Assembly (NCBI GenBank): GCA_964304625.1
Contig: OZ199838.1
Location: 10,547,817-10,611,816 of the forward strand
Origin: Kudoa neothunni
Taxonomy: Eukaryota > Animalia > Cnidaria
Reading direction: 5' to 3'
DNA length: 64,000 nt
A program made the position numbers and the translations under genes. Below are positions 10,712 through 24,054 of the stretch, one piece after another. The notes under the pieces are model-generated. The model saw nothing but the letters and a program-made list of their open reading frames with translations, ran no database searches and was not told where the DNA came from. Numbering within the stretch: position 1 is the stretch's first letter; every line of letters begins with the position of its first letter.

Positions 10712-12909
10712 GGTTCCCCTATTTTTTGCGTTTATTCACGATGTTTTTCGTCGAAAATGGTTCTAAAAAATCTTATATGGTCTTTTCATCTGGAATGTAT
10801 CAAAAGTTTTTCCAAATTTTTTAAAATAAATTTTTCTTCTAATCGCGTATATGACGGCGAAGTCAACAACATAATCCTCATGTTAAACACTGGTTTCTAT
10901 ATTTCACTACGAAAGAATATGGATGTGACTACAATTTATGCATTTAAAAGTTTATTTTACGTTTGTATTTTATTATAAAGAATAAAAAATTACAATAAAT
11001 CATTATAAACGGTTGTTGTTCAGATATGTAGAATATTGAAATTTTCTTCGCATTCACAACAATTTCTCATTTACATTTTCGCTTAATTAAACAAAATAAC
11101 CACTATTGTTATTATTATAAATCTTTCCATTTAAAACTCTTTATCGTTTAAGGCAATTACTGAATGTTATTTGGTAAATTTCCCCCTAATCTTGACTCTA
11201 AGAAGTGATTATTAACTAGAAAATATATGAGAAACTAATTTAATAATTCTTAAGAATATTTAAAAATGAAAACAATCCTCAGAAATGAATTTTCTTTTAT
11301 GGAAAATAACTCATAAAAAATAAACATAATTACACGATATTTTTGTATAATTTTTTTATTGTTTGATCAGTTGTTAACATCGAATTATTTTTCATTATCT
11401 AAATATATTATATTAATATTTTATTTATATATCTTTTTATATTTCATTTTTTTAATTAAATTTCATATTTTGGCTATTAAAATATTACAGTTCAAGGTAG
11501 GCTCTATTTCTTGATATTTATTATTCGGATCAAACCATTTCACTTATTATAGCTGAAAAATAATTCTAATAACTTCAAAAAGTTTCCGATGAATGATCAC
11601 AAGAACATAATATTCACCTTCTCTTAAGATTGTCATTTTGATTATATTCGACTGCCAGTGCACATAATACACTTATCAGATGGTGGCTTTTGTGTCAGTT
11701 ATAAAACAAGCAGTTGGTTTTCATTTTGTAGAAATTGCTTTTATTGACCCAATGGCTGAAAATCTCAGCGCACGGACAGATTTATACCCTCGAGAACGGT
11801 TATGAATTACTTCATAATTATCCCTAATTCAATAAAAATCTAGCTTAGTGTATCATTTATCATTTAAAAGTACTATTTTTAAAACCACAACAACATGAAT
11901 ATAATTCATTGAAATAATATAAGACAAATATTGAGCATAAGAGGGTATAATAAGTTACAAAGTTGCATTGTTATACAGCATTACGATCCCTTGTTTTCTA
12001 TCACCTTCTCAGTATATATTTATCGATAAAAAAAATTTGTTGCCATTATTTCACTGCAAATAAGGAGGAGAGAAAGCACCAACATGTCTCGGGGAAAAAT
12101 TAATCCCACTTTGTATTGATAAAGAAAATATACTGATTCCTATTTTAAAAATGAATTTTAAAATAACAACAAATTAAGAACATTTAGTTTGAGTTTTGTT
12201 TGTTATAAACGAAATATTAATATTCGACATCATTAGCATATAATAATTAATTTAATACTATATTCATCAAACTCTTTATTTTAAATTTTAAAAAAATAAA
12301 ATATGTAGTTAAAATCGAATTTGAACTTAAATTTGAATCAAAGAAACGTTACAATATTATTTTATGTTTTAGTTAATGTAATTAAAACCTTACCTCAATA
12401 TTTATCTTTCTTTGTTACAATAAAAATCAAGAATATGAAGAAAAAAGAAATTAAATAAGAAAATATATTACATTTAATGGAGAATTAAAAATGGATGTTG
12501 AAAATTGATAAATAAAATAAACATTGTGCTTTAATTAGAATAAAATAAAAATGAGAAATTGTTGTGAATGCGAAGAAAATTTCAATATTCTACATATCTG
12601 AACAACAACCGTTTATAATGATTTATTGTAATTTTTTATTCTTTATAATAAAATACAAACGTAAAATAAACTTTTAAATGCATAAATTGTAATCACATCC
12701 ATATTCTTTCGTAGTGAAATATAGAAACCAGTGTTTAACATGAGGATTATGTTGTTGACTTCGTCGTCATATACGCGATTAGAAGAAAAATTTATTTTAA
12801 AAAATTTGGAAAAACTTTTGATACATTCCAGATGAAAAGACCTTATAAGATTTTTTAGAACCATTTTTGACGAAAAACATCGCGTAAAAACGCAAAAAAT
12901 AGGGGAGCC
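10712..12909. mobile_element. Non-autonomous element with ~360-bp terminal inverted repeats (foldback/MULE-like)
   Basis: 10712..~11072 is the near-perfect reverse complement of ~12549..12909. No transposase recognised inside; no clear TSD. Confidence 0.85.
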
Positions 12910-12924
12910 ACAATCTCAACAATA

Positions 12925-15752
12925 GCCCATGCGCGGGGATTATAGGATTATATTTATTTCGCTTTTTCTACAGGTTATATCGCGTTTACAAACAAAATGG
13001 CTCATAAAAATGATAAAATTTATTTCAGTTATTATTTATGTATGTAAAATGATTACAGATTATAAAACTTAACTGTCATTTTTGAAACATATTATCGATG
13101 TATACGTGGAAGGTTTATGATTTAGGAATGCGATAATAATCAGAAATGGAATTCTTTTCTTTATTTATAAAAAAAGATAATTTTTATTTTATCAAAATGA
13201 ATTTTGAGTTAGAATTCACAATAATCAACCGAATGTCTTCTATTATTATCAACAATGAATGTTGAATTCTATAAATAAAGTTCAACATATAAAATTGAAA
13301 TTACGAAATTTATTTTAACAATATTATTTGGCGACGATATGTTTATATTATTTTTGGGCTCACTTGTAGTGATAACGAGTCAGTCTTAATAAATTAATAT
13401 GGCGGAAAGTGTACATAGGTTATTTAAAAGTCAAATTTCTTCATATACCAAAATGAAACAACTTCTTGATAATTTTATTAAAGTATTGTTATAAACTATT
13501 ATGTTCTTACTTCAAAATTAAGGAATCAGGTTTCTCTATTAGAATTGGTAGGAGCAGCCAACCTAAAAATGAAGATAATCGGTCGGATGATGTTGATAAT
13601 AACGAAGAAAAATTAATTTACAGATATATTAAATATATCTGTCCACATGAAGACGTTAACCATTCAAAAAAAGTACATCTGCACCTCAGTCCTCGTTATC
13701 TAAATGTTGCCCAATACTTAACACAATATCTACTCAAAATGAAGCGTTATACGTGCTTAATTATAATATAACTCACAATCATGTAAAATAAGACATAGTC
13801 TTCCATCGGCATAATCAGAATGTATCGGATTGGAGGAAACAAACATTATCATTGTGTTTTAATTGGGGTGCAGACAACAAAAGAGCAAAGAAAATCTTGA
13901 ATCCGATTTGAACATCCCTCTCAGTTTAAAACAAATTAGAAATATGAAACATCGCACAAACAAGAATACTCAAGAATCATTCTCTATTGAAGACCTTCCT
14001 AAAGAATAGGATGGTTAACTCTTGCTCGACATCTACAAAGAAGCAGAATCGGATGAACTAAACGTTTTCTGCTTCACTATGAAAAATATGAAAAGTCTCT
14101 ATTCTAATAATGATGAAGTTTTACATATTGACGCAACCTACAAAGTAAACAAAACAAGATATCTATTGTACTGCATTGCAGTAGTTGATTCTTATGGACG
14201 AACTCGATCAATCTCCTTCGCTTTTGTTAACAATGAAACTCAAAATTTTGTTGGTAACGTATTATCTTCGTTTTGTAAATGAATAGAAGAAACAAAAATA
14301 ACAAAAGTTATCTTTATTGATAAGGATTCAACTGAAATTAATTAATTAAAGAAATTTTTATTTAATGCAAATATATTGTTATGTTCTTATCGTGTAGAAA
14401 AATCAATGGAAAGACAAATTCACCAATTTGAAGTCAATAAAAATACAAAAAATAGATTGATAACCCCTTCAAAACAAACCATTTATTCTAAATCATATGA
14501 CGAATATCTATTTTTTTAGATTAAATAAAAAAAACAAATACCATACTTTTTGTATCTATCAAAATGTTGGCCAGGTATTTCCGATATATGCACATAATGT
14601 CTGAGAAAAAACTTAATGACTTTTGGATCCAATACTAACAATCGAAATCAACAAGCCCATGGAAAACCCCAAATTTTGTTATCTAAGAAATCTACGTTGC
14701 AAAAATCAGATAGATGAAATTCTTAGTTATGTTAATTTTTGGATAGCGAATTCAGTATCAAAGAGCAACAATAATCTATGAATACACGTAGAATATCCAA
14801 TGATGTTGAATTAAATCAACTCCTCATTCATTTTTCTCCTTATTGTTGGGAAAAGATTTTAGAAAATTTCAATTTCAATTCCAATGATTTTATTACAATG
14901 CGGTGCGATAATTAATGGCGGTGCCGCCAATCTCTGATGAGAAATTAAGTGGCGGCTGATTCAGGCGCGAAAACCAACCTTACATTAATTAGATAACCTA
15001 TTATTGTTGGAGTACCATTGCGTGATATTTTGTACTGTGGAGCTAAATGCAAGAACGCAACATGTGGGAATCAAATATTTGTTTTTTTGTTCACCTAAAA
15101 TCAAATCCTGCCATGGTTGTTAAAAATAATGAAACATTCGTCTGTGACTGTCCATTCTTTGTACAGCATTATCTATTTTGCAATCATCTGATCAATCCGT
15201 TAAAATTATCTAAAATAAGAATTGAATGAATCGTTACAACAAGATGGACCAAAAATAACCTTTTCAATGGAAAATCACCTGATATATTTCCTGAACTTTG
15301 TGATGATAATTCACCATTGTCATATTCGTTTGTTGACAACGAAATGTTATTAGACGATTCTCCATCCAAGGATAAAAATGTAAACTCAACGTCTTGAAAA
15401 AATAATGAGTTAACTCAAAGAGTTCTACACATTAAATTCATTGGGTGGAGAGGAGTATCGGAAGTTTTACGATGAGATAACCAACTGATTACAAAATTTT
15501 GAAAAATCTGTCACTCATAGTGTTAGTGAAAAAAATGCGCCAAATAGAACAATAACATTCCAAATGAAAGAGTTCACATCAAAAGGTAGACCTAGAATCC
15601 CAAAAAACTATTTGAAATTTTCTAAATGACGTTCCGATTCATCATCCTAATACTAAAAAACATATTTTATCATTTGTATGAACTATTTTGTTTGTAAAAG
15701 CACTATAACCCGTAGAAAAAGCGAAATAAATATAATCCCCCCGCGCATGCCC
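12925..15752 (+). mobile_element. MULE (Mutator-like, SWIM-containing) transposon, decayed
   Basis: ~95-bp TIRs (g..catgcgcgggg...ttatatttatttcgctttttctac). Transposase remnant ~13399..15630 with EVLHIDATYKVNK, IFIDKDSTEI, TNNR, SWIM CDCPFFVQHYLFCNHL and AT-hook-like KGRPR. Confidence 0.9.
14902..15045. mobile_element. 144-bp insertion with 5-bp AATGC target-site duplication inside the MULE transposase
   Basis: AATGC at 14897-14901 and 15046-15050. Excising the insert plus one copy rejoins the frame NDFITM-QERNMWES. Confidence 0.7.
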
Positions 15753-16635
15753 CGGCGTAATGGAAAGAGATATTATTATTGCCTAGGTTGATACTAATTT
15801 CTTATTTATAATTTCTACCTGCCTTTTATTATTTCTAAATAGAAATAAAAGTTGCCTACGAGCTAACACATTTGGTATATATAAAAATTGTATGTCAGCG
15901 AAAATGCAAATTTTGACACCAACTATGCCTGAGTTACACAATTCTTAATTCGCTCATAACCTACTATTGATGATCAAATATTTTCGATCAGATTTTACAA
16001 TCGTTATTTTAAAATGCAAAATTTTATAGTTCTAATTGCATAATATTTATTTCTCTAAAAATTTCAGATATAACTAGGATCTTTCAAATATTTTGATAAT
16101 AAATGTAATGTTGAAATTATGTCATTGATAGAGATTGATTATTCGTTTGGTTCATTTTAACCATCTTATAATTACATAGAATTTTTAACACTTAAAAATC
16201 CACGGTTATGCCGTTTTTCTTTAACTCACAAAAAGTTCACATAACTTAGACGATACAAATTAGTAGTATGTAAATTTAGACCTTATAAAAACCTTTTCTA
16301 GATAATGAATTCATATGTGATGAAAAGATAATTTAGACTTTAAAATAAGTATTAACCCATCCATTGTTCTATTTTTTAAATTAAGCCAAAATTTATATAC
16401 TGATAGAGTATTATAATATAGCGATTAATTATAAGTAGAACTTCCAAATAATAATTATTTACAATGAAAACTTAATTTTACTAAAGTGCCGAGATGAAAC
16501 AGTAATTCTTAATGGGTTAATGTAGATAAATAAATGATGGAGAGAAACTAAAGAACGATAAATAGTTATTCTATATAACATATATAATTATTAATGTAAT
16601 CACTCAAGTTCTACAACTTTTAATTAATGGACCAA

Positions 16636-19600
16636 TTAGATACTTACTTTAGCTGGAATGTAAACTTGATCACATTTTTGATATAATAATTTATCTTTAT
16701 GTTTCTGACGAATATTTCTAATTATGTATATTCCAATTACAATGATCATGATAAATGACAGGAAAATAATGAAATTGATTATATCTAAGGTTTTTATATC
16801 ATTGATCCGACCTTGGACAATTTCATGATATTCAGTTGCATTTGTTGTACGGAATTCTTTGGTGGATTCCATAATCACGACTGGATTGTCTAAGTTTCCT
16901 AGTTTCGGTTGTTTTAGGTTAAAAATCTTTTGGACCACAACAGCATTCTTTTCTTTTTTCTCGATCAAAAATGTGAGCATTACTTCAATAGATTTTAAAT
17001 CTAGTGGAATCTCTTTCATCCTTTCGGAAAATTCTAGGCCACACGATACGTCGGAATTTAATTCATATGCTGTCACTTCAAATGCTGTATTTTCATTTTG
17101 GGAAATAAATTCGTTTGCTAATTGTTTTTTAGTCTCTGAATCCGCGAAGAATTTTTCGGAGAGTTCTTCCAAACTTGAGCTAACGAGTTCCTCATTTATA
17201 TGGTTTACATCATGGAGATGATGGTTTATTTGTCGCATTATTATATTATTCTGAGCCATTATTTTGATTTTTTCGTCGAGATAATGGTGATTTCCACTCG
17301 AAAAATTTGTAGTTAATGTTTTTTCTAATTCCTCATATTTAGATTTGATATCATCGTTCAGTTTGTTATTTTTTTTAATTATTTTTAACCAATCTAGTGA
17401 TAGGTCAATTTTGGCATTGTTAGCAGTTGACTGAAGTTGGCTAGCTTTTTCAAAGTATTTATTTAGTGGTTCAAGTTCTTTTTCAACATTTGATTTTATC
17501 AATACCAATTTAGCATTTTTGGAGTTAGTTAGAATATTCATTTCGGATTCAATCCAATCAACTTTTCCTTGATATTTTGAAGATAATAGTTCTTGCAACG
17601 AAATTAGTTGTTTCTTTAGTTCGTCAAATATTCCAAATGTGTCATTGATATGCTTTGATTTTTCCCCCATTTGTTTTAGAATTTCCAACAGTGTGTCTTT
17701 TTTGTCTTTATTTTTTGCAAGCACTTTCTCAAATTCTACTATTTGGAATGAAGCATTCATTAAAATCTTATCAATATTAATTTTTGTTTGTTTCGCATAA
17801 TTTTTTCCATTTATTAAGACGGCAGTAATTGGATATATTTCGAGATATTTTTGGTCCAGTTTTTTCTGAACATCGGTCAAATAAATTTCAAATTCATTTT
17901 TTCCATTTAAATTGTTGTCATTTACCGAATCAGTTATCCGATTTTGTAGCGATTTTACCTCGTCTTTAAGAGAGCTATAAGTATTTTCGGCACTAACTAT
18001 AGTTCTTTGAAACGCATGGATTTCGCTGGTTAATTTTATTATAGCTTGTTTATGAAAATCATTAAAACTTTTATTCGCATTCAAATCATCAGAATATTTT
18101 GCTAATGTGGTTGATGCGGAGGGTGTTTTATTGACTTCCCGTATAATCTGGCTATTTTTGCTATTCTCTGTAATAGATTTCTCCTGTGAAGCAGCAAATT
18201 TTGATCCGCTAATGAAAATTTCCTCAGAATCAGCGCAAACCTCTTGATGAGCGGCAATCTTTGCGCTGTACTGATCAAGCAGATCTCTCAAAATGTTGTT
18301 CAATTTGTTGATATCACTGATATTATTATCCACCGATTCATTGTATAAGCTCATTTTAGATTCAACTACTGAGTTTATGACGTCCGCAATTTTAACTTTT
18401 CGTTTTTGAAATTGTGTTTTGAATGAGTTCTGCATTCTATCATAAATATCAGCAATGGAAGGTATTGTATTTTTTAGGGAGTTCATCTGGCCAACACCAA
18501 ATATATCACCTGTTGGAAGTTTTCCCCTTTCAAGTGACTCCAAAAATCGGGATTTTAAGTCGTTAAATGAAGCGGTTTCATCTTCATTACTATATGTGTC
18601 GATCAGATCTTCACACTCTTTGGTAGTTTGTATAATTGAATGTTCACAATTTTCCCCATTTATCACATTTTGACAACATCCAAATTTAGATTTATAACTT
18701 GTAAGTTTATTATATATGTTGATCGAATCAGCTGATATCGATTCTTTTAAGTTTGAGAGTACAGCTAATGATCTTTCCTTCATTTCTAATGAAGCAGTTT
18801 TAAATTTATCACAATGAGTTTCCAATGCGTTGAGTTGATCTTTGATATTTCTAATATTAATCTTGTGTTCCTCGTTTAGATCATTGTCGAATAATCCATA
18901 AAGCTGGGATAACGTATCAACTTTTTCTAAAAGTTTTGTTCTCATATCCGTAGTGCTAGTTTTTTCACGTTCTAACAAACGAATGTTTGTGTCAGTAGTA
19001 GTCCTTATTTCAGACTTCAATGATTCCACTTGGTTTGGAAAATTTTTATTGAATCCGTCGACCTCACTTGCAAGTCGTCTCAACAAATGTGAAATTCCTT
19101 CATGCTTATCAAACCACCTCGTAGAATTGCTTAGATAACTATCTAACTCCTTATTTTTTTTATTAACATTAACTACTTTAGACTCAGAATTGTCTTTATT
19201 CGCTGACAAATTTTGAACAGTAGACACCATTAGTGATTTATATATGGAATAATCCTCGCTGTTCTTTCTTATTTGTTTGTTTTTTTCAACTAACAACGGT
19301 AGTTTGATTTTTAATCCATCTAATTTATCTTTTCTTCCTTTTTCAAAGTCGGAGTATTGATTATTCCAATCATCTTCAGGAAGATCCCATGTGTTGTTTA
19401 ATTGGCTGGCATAATCTTTAATTAATGCACTGATTTCATCTTTCATTTGAGTGGCTTCTAGTTTATTTGAATCGAAACTCTGTTTGGTCTCAGTTGTTAA
19501 TGCAAAATTAGCATCTATCAAACTCAAGTTATTATCAATTTCTTTCTTGATTTGTTCGACTTCACTAATAGAATTAGGGAACGAATTGTAAAATTTATTA

Positions 19601-22600
19601 ATCACCGAGTCGAAATTTATTTTTGGATATTTGCCCTTATGACCATTATAAAAGGCGATCTCTTCTGTTATTGAAGCACTGAGCGCTTGATAAGTTTGAG
19701 TGTTTGGCTTATTTACATCCTCCAAAATCAATTTGTTGATCATTGAATATTCCTCTTCAAAAGAGTTTAAAATTTTTTGAATCTCAATATCATCAAATTT
19801 AACTTTGTACTTTTCAATATAACGTGTTTTCAGTTCCTCCTTGTAAGTCTCAATCAGTTTGTTTGAATTTTGATTAATGTCATCAATATTTTTTATAGGC
19901 TCATTGTAATCTACATTATTGAGATTTAAATTGGAAATTTCTTGGGTGATACGCTGTAGTGACTCCAGCACTTCAGCGTTTTTTTTCTTTTGGTTCTCAA
20001 ATAATGTTTCCATTCCACCACATGAAGACATAAAAGATTCATAATTCTCATGCCCATCATTTTCGATAAGATTGAAAATGCATTTATTTATTGTTTTATT
20101 AAGAGTAGATAACAGATCCTTTTCAATTTCATATTCGTTTTTACCGCTATTTTTGTAATTTTTTAGTTGATTGAGAACAGTATTAGAGTTTGTTGAGAAT
20201 TTATCATTCAATTCTTTTAATTTTTTTGTAAAATTATCATATTCAGATAATTTCGTCGATAATTTTTCATCATACTCATCATTTCTAACATAATGTCTAC
20301 GAATGTATAAACTTTTGATGGCGTCAAAGTTATCACTTAATCTTGCTTTTTCTAATTCCGTTTTCTGTTTCTTTTCAGTATAATCATTGTTATCTCTATT
20401 AATAACACTTTTAAAATTTTCATTTTTGTTGTTTGAAGTATTATCCAGTGAAGCTTTCTTTTCGTTTGTTTTACTTATAAATAAATTAGTTTGAGAGCTT
20501 TTATCTCTCGCCATGTTTATCATACTTTCAAGGTTCTTATTTTTAGTTGTGACGTCCGCAATTGTAGTATCAACCGATCCAATGAATTCGTTTGCAGAAC
20601 TTTCAAATTCATCATATTTGGATTTTAATTGGTGATTGTCGGTAACGTATAGGTTATAAGAAGCCATTATAGTATTGGTGGTTTCACTGAGTTGAGCCTC
20701 ACTGGAAACTATCGAATCAGCATTCAATTTCAAATTTAATTTGCTTATTTCTTCATTTACTTTAATTTGAAATTCCTTGGGATGAATGGCCGTTTGCTTA
20801 GACAACAAATTTTTCACTCTTAATATGTTATTATATTCGTCCAAAATAACTTGACCGTTTCGCTTTAACGTTTCTATCTTTCCAAGATTTTCATTAATAG
20901 ATCTAATGCTCTCATCGATTTTTAGTTTAATTTGGCTAGAAGTAGACATAATTTCATTCATTTTATCAGTAACGGATTGGTATTTTTTGTGGATAGGACT
21001 GATAATAGATCGAGCCAGAGACCGCATAAATTTCGACTCATAATTTATCACAGATTTTTCAAATTGATCCAACTCAGTATTCTTTTCAGAAAGGAAGGAG
21101 AGTTTATTATTCCCTTCGGATTGTAATGTTGTTATTTTTGAATTTTCAAGGTCATGTTTTGATTGAGAGTCAGATAATATGAAATTTGTTTTATCCAATT
21201 TTTCATTCACAATCAAAATTGTTTCATTAGGATCCACAACAGTCATTTTCTTTTGAAGGTATTGTGAATTGATCTTTTTGACTGCATCAGGGATCTTAAC
21301 TCTTTTAATATTTATGATCTGTTGTTTTAAACTCGAGTAATCGTTCATAAAATTTGTAAATTCTTCCTTATCTTTTTTGAAATTATTAGCTAAGGTCGAC
21401 AGGAAGCTTTCCAAATCAGTTAGTTGTTTAGTCATAGTTTGGATATTGTCTTTATAATCTCTTTCATATTTTTCCTCCAACTGACTTTTATCCTTTTTAA
21501 GTGCAATTTCTTGTGACAAAACATTATTTAATTTATTGTGAACAATGGGTTTTGAAGTAATGCCGTTAAGGATTTCCTTAAACGTATTAACTTTGGTTTT
21601 TGCATCCTCAAAAAAACCTTTGGTTTCCAAAGCAGTTACATTAATCTCATCTAGTATAACTTGAGCGCTCGATTTTTCCTTTTCATGCGAAACAATTTGT
21701 GATTTCAACTGATCAAATTTAGTCATCAATGTGGTGTGTTTGTCCAAGGCACTCGATAACTCGTCGGTCATTTCTGACGGAATGTATCCGAGATACGATG
21801 ACAAAACTTCCGTAGAACTCTTGTAGAATGTGTTGGCTTCTTCTATGTTGAAGGTGGCGATTGAAACACTTTTCAATTGATTATGTTTGCTCATAAGGCT
21901 TTCGTGTTTTGCTATAATATTTAGACAGCTTTGCACATCGAACTTTTCATCCAGCTGATTTATTTTTTGAAAAATCTTCGCGTAATATCCATGAGCAGTT
22001 TTTGTGATATCATGGTTCATTGCAGAAATATAGCGATTTAATGATATATACAACGTATTGTACACCGATTTAAATGTATAGATGCAATCTGCATTATCTG
22101 TGATTTCCTTTTCGTAAAATAATATGTTTCTCTCAATTTCATTAATAGCATTAAGGCCGATGAGGTTAGCTTGTGGTGTAGCCATGGAAGAATTATTTAG
22201 GCAATTGTCAGAAGCTTCTATCATCACTTTCCTCGTGTCTTTATGACAGTTTTGTTGATTTTTATCCGTTGTAATCCTTGTTTGATGTTCTTTCCATTGT
22301 GTATGTCTGGGTTTTATCGTCGAAAAACAATTACTCATCTTCTTTACACCTGTCAAATGATTTTTTTTCCGCGTCACATCTGCTGCATATATTTTATTGT
22401 AGTCATCGGTGGATATATATGTATCAGCCTGACTAGGAAGCACCAATTCATAGAATTGTTTCACTTCACCACTCATAAAGTATTCTATGGATGTAGGGTC
22501 AATGTCGAGCCATATAAGTAATTCATTTAGCTTTTCTAACAAATCTTTAGCTTGAGATATTAGATTATCACATTTTTCTACATTAGCTTTCAATTTTTCT

Positions 22601-22757
22601 GTAGTAGAGCTCAACTCTAGGCAGATATCAGTTGAGGTAATTATTCTCCCCCATGATAAAACAAAAGCTACCACTAATATGAATTGAAAATAATGGTAAA
22701 TACTATTTATTAAGTAGTTATTGATTTACATGAAAAAATCTTTAGTTGATATTGCAT
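16636..22757 (-). CDS. Giant (~2020 aa) type I membrane protein with helical/coiled-coil ectodomain, unknown family
   Basis: Uninterrupted 6-kb ORF in AT-rich DNA. A 28-nt exon (ATG 22757..22730) plus a 56-nt GT-AG intron (22729..22674) gives the signal peptide MQYQLKIFSLVAFVLSWGRIITS. C-terminal TM IINFIIFLSFIMIIVIGIYII is followed by a basic stop-transfer and a ~27-aa tail. Confidence 0.9.
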
Positions 22758-23452
22758 TTATGTTACAATCCATGCACCTTTTTAGTTAGTTATATAAGAA
22801 TGAATCAGTCGATTTTACTTACGATCGACAGAGGATTTTCTCTAAAACTTCTATTGATTTATGTATGGATGAATATAATTATATGGTTTTGTATTAATTG
22901 TTCTTTCAGAAAACCCTATTGTTGATTTATATACATTATTAATTCTTCAAAAAATGGGGATAGTTTTGTCAAATAAGTAACATTAGAGTTATTAAAAAGC
23001 GTGAATGTGACGAAAAAACGTCATACATGTTTACCGGAGCGTGATGCGTACCGGAAAAGACATGAGCGCGATAAAAAACGCAGTGTCTATTGCAACGGAT
23101 GGGAATATCTCATAAAATAACGCTAGTGTACAAATTTTAATTTTATAAACATATGAAACAATAAATGAATTATTATTAAATAAATTTTCCTGTGAAAATT
23201 TATTTAATAAGTCGACATTCTACCTCTATATTGGCCAAGTATACAGACATTGTTTAATATTTGTCTTCAATAAACTCACATTCACGTTAATGTATAAGTA
23301 ATTTTCAAAGCTTGTGTTGATTTTATATAACAAGATGTATCGATATACACGACCAAGGTTGCCAGACGATTTTTGTAAATCATACCAAATAAAGTAATTG
23401 AAAGGTAGTGGATATTACCACGAAAACGAATTTCTCCATAACCACACAATAT

Positions 23453-23477
23453 TATATATATATATATATATATATAT
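23453..23477. repeat. (TA)n microsatellite
   Basis: About 12 TA units. Confidence 0.9.
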
Positions 23478-24054
23478 CTGTTTACAAATTTTTATTGAGA
23501 ACTTTTTTGCTATAAAAATTTCAATTTTCATACGAAAATTCATTCACCTAATTTTTGGCATTTGCAGCATATAACCGATTATTTTTCACATTTGTTGTAA
23601 TAGTTACTTAGTTATTATTAAATTTTTTATGATAAAATTATTTACTTCACAAGTTGAGAAAATAACTAATAGATATCATAAACAAAAAATCGCATTCGTA
23701 AGTCATAAATAGGGATCATATAATCGTTGATTGAACATCGAGTATCTCTGAATTTTACGATAAATAAAAAACATTACCCAAGAATTATTGACAAGGTACG
23801 AATAAACTTTATTATAATTCATTTATTTAAAATTCAATTATGTATTTTATTTTTTTTCATTTCTTCCCGAATGCAGTCATTCTAAAATCCCTTAATCTTC
23901 GTACTGCTTTGGGCTTTTTAGGAAGTGTAAAATCTGCAAAAAATGTAGGAAGATCACTGAACCTAAAATCTTAGAATTTCAGTAGATTTGATTGATTTTA
24001 TATTGTCTGATAAATTAATCCATTGTGATCTAATTGGATACCAATTCTTTTTAA

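Noticed and set aside
10757-12864. Twin 73-aa ORFs MVLKNLI... on opposite strands
   Set aside because: They are the two arms of the terminal inverted repeat; there is no evidence of coding function.
14925-15020. Canonical hammerhead ribozyme
   Set aside because: The core words are present but stems II and III and the NUH site cannot be paired convincingly.
16859-22521. Plus-strand ORFs inside the giant gene, and similar overlapping or antisense ORFs in SETD3, SDA1, clathrin and pol
   Set aside because: These are shadow ORFs of real coding sequence with no independent motifs.
22703-22774. Alternative start for the giant gene using a 27-nt intron (MDCNINAISTKDFF...)
   Set aside because: In frame, but the intron is shorter than others here and the signal peptide is poorer than in the 56-nt intron model; not formally excluded.
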